This document shows positions 60,948 through 64,000 of a DNA stretch of 64,000 nucleotides, one piece after another. Below the pieces are notes generated by a model. It was not told the DNA's origin. It did not search any database and was given only the letters and a program-made list of their open reading frames with translations. Origin of the DNA: an uncultured Gemmatimonadales bacterium. Its GTDB lineage: Bacteria; Gemmatimonadota; Gemmatimonadetes; Gemmatimonadales; GWC2-71-9. The stretch is taken from positions 115,022 through 179,021 of the forward strand of contig CAVPLK010000006.1 of the NCBI GenBank assembly GCA_963705985.1, written 5' to 3'. Made by a program: the position numbers and the translations under genes. Positions within the stretch are counted from its first letter, which is position 1. Each line of letters opens with the position of its first letter.

Positions 60948-61477
60948 TGACGGAGGGCGCCCACCACATGGTGGTGGGGCGATTCCGCAGGCCGCACGGA
61001 CTGAAGGGGGAGTGCACGGTCTATCCGCTGACCGACGACCCGGCCCGGGTCTTCGCGGTCGGCCAGGCGCTCTGGGCGGTCGATCTCGCCGGAGAAGTCA
61101 TCCGCAGTCCGCTCACGGTTGAGCGGAGCCGGGCGTACCACCGGGAGTGGCTGGTGAAGTTCGCCGGCATCGAGCACCGCGACGGGCTGGAGCCGTTCCG
61201 AAACGGGTTCCTGGCGGTCCCGGCGGCCGACGCGTCGCCGCTGGAAGAGGGGGAGGTCTACCTCCATGAGCTCGACGGGTTTGCCGTGCGGCTCGAGGAC
61301 GGCACTCCGGTCGGACTGGTCACCGGGTACTACGAAACGGCGGCCGGGCTGGTCATCGAAGTGCAGGGCCCCAAGCGGGAGTTCCTGCTGCCGTACCGGA
61401 AGGAGTTCGTGACGCAGGTGGACCGTGCGGCCCGCCGGCTGGTCATCGCTCCGCCGGAGGGACTGCTCGATGGCTGA
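60947..61477 (+). CDS. rimM: Ribosome maturation factor RimM
   Basis: VGRFRRPHGLKGE motif and a PRC-barrel C terminus. The start is ATG 60947 (overlaps the rpsP stop by 1 nt, TGATG) or ATG 60968. Confidence 0.88.
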   Translation: MTEGAHHMVVGRFRRPHGLKGECTVYPLTDDPARVFAVGQALWAVDLAGEVIRSPLTVERSRAYHREWLVKFAGIEHRDGLEPFRNGFLAVPAADASPLEEGEVYLHELDGFAVRLEDGTPVGLVTGYYETAAGLVIEVQGPKREFLLPYRKEFVTQVDRAARRLVIAPPEGLLDG

Positions 61478-62171
61478 GCCGATCCGCATCAACGTGGTCA
61501 CGCTCTTTCCCGAGGTGTTCGGGCCCTGGCTCGAGGCGTCGATCATCGGGCGGGCGCGGTCGGAGGGACGGGTCGAGTTCCGGCTGGTGCAGCTCCGGGA
61601 CTTCACCCACGACCGGCACAACACCGTGGACGATTACGCCTTCGGTGGCGGCGCCGGCATGGTGCTGAAGCCGGAGCCGTTCTTCGAGGCGGTGGAATCC
61701 CTCGGTCCCCCGGCGGGGCCGGTGGTGTTGCTCTCCGCGCGGGGCCGGCGGTTTGCCCATGCCGATGCGGTGCGCTGGTCGCTGGCGCCGGAATTGACGT
61801 TGCTGTGCGGGCACTACAAGGACGTCGACCAGCGGGTGGCCGATCACCTGGCCACGGACGAGGTCTCCCTCGGGGACTTCGTGCTGACAGGGGGAGAGCC
61901 CGCCGCGCTGTGTGTGCTCGACGCGGTGGTGCGGTTGCTCCCCGGTGCGCTGGGGGACCACGAGTCGGCCAGTACCGACTCGCATTACGACGGGCTCCTG
62001 AGCCCGCCGAGCTACACCAGGCCGCCGGAGTATCGGGGGCTTGCAGTCCCGGAGGTGTTGCGCTCCGGCGACCACGCGAAAATCGCCGCGTGGCGGAAGG
62101 AACAGGCGGACCTACTGACTCGCGAACGCCGGCCCGATCTCTGGCAGGCGCACCTCGCGTCGGACGATTAG
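61470..62171 (+). CDS. trmD: tRNA (guanine37-N1)-methyltransferase TrmD
   Basis: [17 protein letters not shown].., [41 protein letters not shown]. Confidence 0.95.
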   Translation: MAEPIRINVVTLFPEVFGPWLEASIIGRARSEGRVEFRLVQLRDFTHDRHNTVDDYAFGGGAGMVLKPEPFFEAVESLGPPAGPVVLLSARGRRFAHADAVRWSLAPELTLLCGHYKDVDQRVADHLATDEVSLGDFVLTGGEPAALCVLDAVVRLLPGALGDHESASTDSHYDGLLSPPSYTRPPEYRGLAVPEVLRSGDHAKIAAWRKEQADLLTRERRPDLWQAHLASDD

Positions 62172-62221
62172 CGGCAGTACGCCGAACAGGGCCCACAGGG
62201 CCGGCACTCAGGAGAATGACG

Positions 62222-62569
62222 ATGGAACGGATGGATGCGTTGACGCGCGGGACCCCGCGCACTGATCTCCCCGCGTTCGACGCCGGGGATACCGTACGGG
62301 TCATGGTGCGCGTCCGTGAGGGCGACAAGGAGCGGCTGCAGGCGTTCGAGGGGGTCGTGATCTCCCGGCGCGGCGGTGGTGCCCACGAGAACTTCACCGT
62401 CCGCAAGGTGTCGGCGGGTGTCGGCGTGGAGCGCATCTTCCCGCTGCAGAGCCCCACCATCGCCTCGATCGACTTGGTGCGGCGCGGCCGGGTTCGCCGG
62501 GCCAAGCTGTACTATCTCCGTGCGCTCAGCGGCAAGGCCGCGCGCATCCGGGAGAAGCGCGAGGACTAA
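62222..62569 (+). CDS. rplS: 50S ribosomal protein L19
   Basis: [43 protein letters not shown] 62222 is 7 nt after GGAG. Confidence 0.95.
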   Translation: MERMDALTRGTPRTDLPAFDAGDTVRVMVRVREGDKERLQAFEGVVISRRGGGAHENFTVRKVSAGVGVERIFPLQSPTIASIDLVRRGRVRRAKLYYLRALSGKAARIREKRED

Positions 62570-62573
62570 CCGG

Positions 62574-63263
62574 GTGGCGGCCGGTCGTCCCACGTTGGAC
62601 CGCGAATCGGCGGTCTGGACAGACGGGCAGTTGCTGGTCGGTGTCGATGAAGCAGGCCGCGGTCCCCTGGCTGGTCCAGTGGTGGCCGCGGCCGTCGTCT
62701 TTCCGCTCGGATCGTCGCTGCTCGCGGGCGTGCGCGACAGCAAGACGCTCTCGACGGCCCGGCGGGAGGCGCTGGCGATCGAGATTCGAGGGGCCGCGCT
62801 CGCCATCGGCGTCGGCGGCGCGTCGGTCCGCGAAATCGACGGATTGAATATCCGGGTGGCCACGGCCCTCGCAATGCGCCGAGCCATCCGGCGAGTGCTG
62901 GGCCGCTTCCCCGCGTCCCCGCCTCCCCACGTCCTGATCGACGGGCTCCCCATGCGGGAGATCGGCTACTCCCACGAGGCCCTCGTCGACGGCGACGCGC
63001 ACTGCCACAGCATCGCGGCCGCCGGCATCGTGGCCAAGACGGTGCGGGACCGCCTGATGCGCCGGCTCGCCGGCCGCTACGTCGGCTATGGCTGGGATCG
63101 CAATCACGGGTACGGCAGTGCAGAACACCTGGCGGCGATTCAGTCGATGGGACCGACCTCGCACCACCGGCGGAGCTTCCGCCCGGTCAGCGGGCTCGGG
63201 CTCCCTACTTGGCCCTCCAGAACCCCTTGTCCTGATTCGCAAACGCCTCCGGCACATAACTGA
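62574..63263 (+). CDS. rnhB: Ribonuclease HII
   Basis: VGVDEAGRGPLAGPVVAAAV, DSKTLS, SIAAAGIVAKTVRD, GYGS..H. The start is GTG 62574, just after the rplS stop. Confidence 0.88.
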   Translation: MAAGRPTLDRESAVWTDGQLLVGVDEAGRGPLAGPVVAAAVVFPLGSSLLAGVRDSKTLSTARREALAIEIRGAALAIGVGGASVREIDGLNIRVATALAMRRAIRRVLGRFPASPPPHVLIDGLPMREIGYSHEALVDGDAHCHSIAAAGIVAKTVRDRLMRRLAGRYVGYGWDRNHGYGSAEHLAAIQSMGPTSHHRRSFRPVSGLGLPTWPSRTPCPDSQTPPAHN

Positions 63264-64000
63264 TTTGCGGCACGATGGTGAGGACCTCCGTGTCCACCGC
63301 CAGCGTGGACGCGCCAAACTCTGCGGCGACCGCCTGGGGGGACGCCAGCTTGGCGCCGACCGGGCCCCGCGCGGCAAGGTCGCGGTCGAGCTCGCCATAG
63401 GAACTCATCGGGACGAGCAGCAGGTAGGTCGGCGTGGGGCCTCCCGCCACGAGCTCGTAGGTGACCCAGGGCGTCGCGATGCCGGCGGCGCGGTACGCGG
63501 CGATGTAGGCGCCCATCATCGCACCGAAGGCCTCGTCCTCGCCGGGCCGGACGCTGAAGATGCTGATCCAGAAGTGCCGAGTCTCCGGCAGGATGAACGC
63601 TGGCCGGTAGCTGAGCTCGGCGCGGTAGGCCGCCAGCATGGTCTGGACGTTGGTGACGAATCCCGATTCGCGGGCCATCAGGGTGTCGAGCTGCCTGGCG
63701 AGGGTCTTGTCCGTCTGGTAGGTCAGGTCGAGTTGCTCGAGACTGGCGAAATCCACCGCGCCGCCGATGAACCAGAACTCCGGGGACCCCGAGGCCGCAA
63801 CGGCTCCGACGTAGCTGTACGGCACCTGCCTGGACTGCAGGGCCGCGACCCATGCGCGCTCGTTCGCCAGGTGCCTCGGCGCCGTGCCGAACTTCGCGGT
63901 TTCCCGCACGATTCGGATGGCTGGCGGCGGGGTGGGATTCAGCCACATGCTCTGGGCGGAGAGCGCGGCCGGGCCGGTCAGCAGGAAGAGGCCGGCCAGG
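63205..64000 (-). CDS. Hypothetical secreted protein (5' end beyond the window edge)
   Basis: The listed ORF is 63205..63948. The frame stays open to nt 64000 and encodes a signal-like ..LAGLFLLTGPAALSAQS just upstream of the listed Met. No motif recognised. Confidence 0.45.
   Translation of the reverse strand, partial: LAGLFLLTGPAALSAQSMWLNPTPPPAIRIVRETAKFGTAPRHLANERAWVAALQSRQVPYSYVGAVAASGSPEFWFIGGAVDFASLEQLDLTYQTDKTLARQLDTLMARESGFVTNVQTMLAAYRAELSYRPAFILPETRHFWISIFSVRPGEDEAFGAMMGAYIAAYRAAGIATPWVTYELVAGGPTPTYLLLVPMSSYGELDRDLAARGPVGAKLASPQAVAAEFGASTLAVDTEVLTIVPQISYVPEAFANQDKGFWRAK

Overview
This is a 64-kb, very GC-rich (by eye roughly 68-70% G+C) bacterial chromosomal segment. I count about 58 protein genes and one tRNA-Leu. 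I recognised no rRNA, CRISPR array, transposase, integrase or phage genes. Most content is core housekeeping: tig-clpP-clpX-engB, dnaK, htrA, ffh-rpsP-rimM-trmD-rplS-rnhB, thiD, a TrmH-like methyltransferase and a prepilin peptidase.

The centre of the window (32.7-43.7 kb, minus strand) is an 11-gene phosphate (Pho) supra-operon: arsR-like / phoB / phoR, an OprO/P-type porin, pstS-pstC-pstA-pstB-pstB, phoU and ppx. Nucleotide and nucleoside catabolism genes flank it on both sides. On the left are deoC and a fused double aldehyde dehydrogenase. On the right are a tandem-duplicated 5'-nucleotidase, add, nupC and a purine nucleoside phosphorylase.

The most striking sequence-level observation is about 17 reading-frame disruptions between ~25 and ~41 kb. 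They are concentrated in six genes: a GT4 glycosyltransferase, the ALDH 3' end, the ppx 5' end, both pstB copies and the porin. Interleaved genes (PP2C, DPP-IV, deoC, phoU, pstA, pstC, pstS) are intact. This is either genuine decay of high-affinity phosphate uptake or localised assembly/polishing error. The sequence alone cannot decide.

Other items worth a second look:
- a GspE/PilB-type ATPase with a complete C-terminal receiver domain
- an ArsR-type HTH ORF that runs in frame into phoB with no stop codon
- a lower-GC Avd/23S-IVS-type four-helix-bundle gene followed at once by nine perfect copies of an 8-bp repeat upstream of ffh
- a tRNA-Leu whose last base is the A of the next gene's ATG

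I found no clearly novel multi-gene system such as a defence or secretion island. All functional calls rest on motif recognition by eye in the supplied translations; no database search was possible. The taxon cannot be fixed from the window; a Gemmatimonadota-like or other high-GC diderm lineage would fit.
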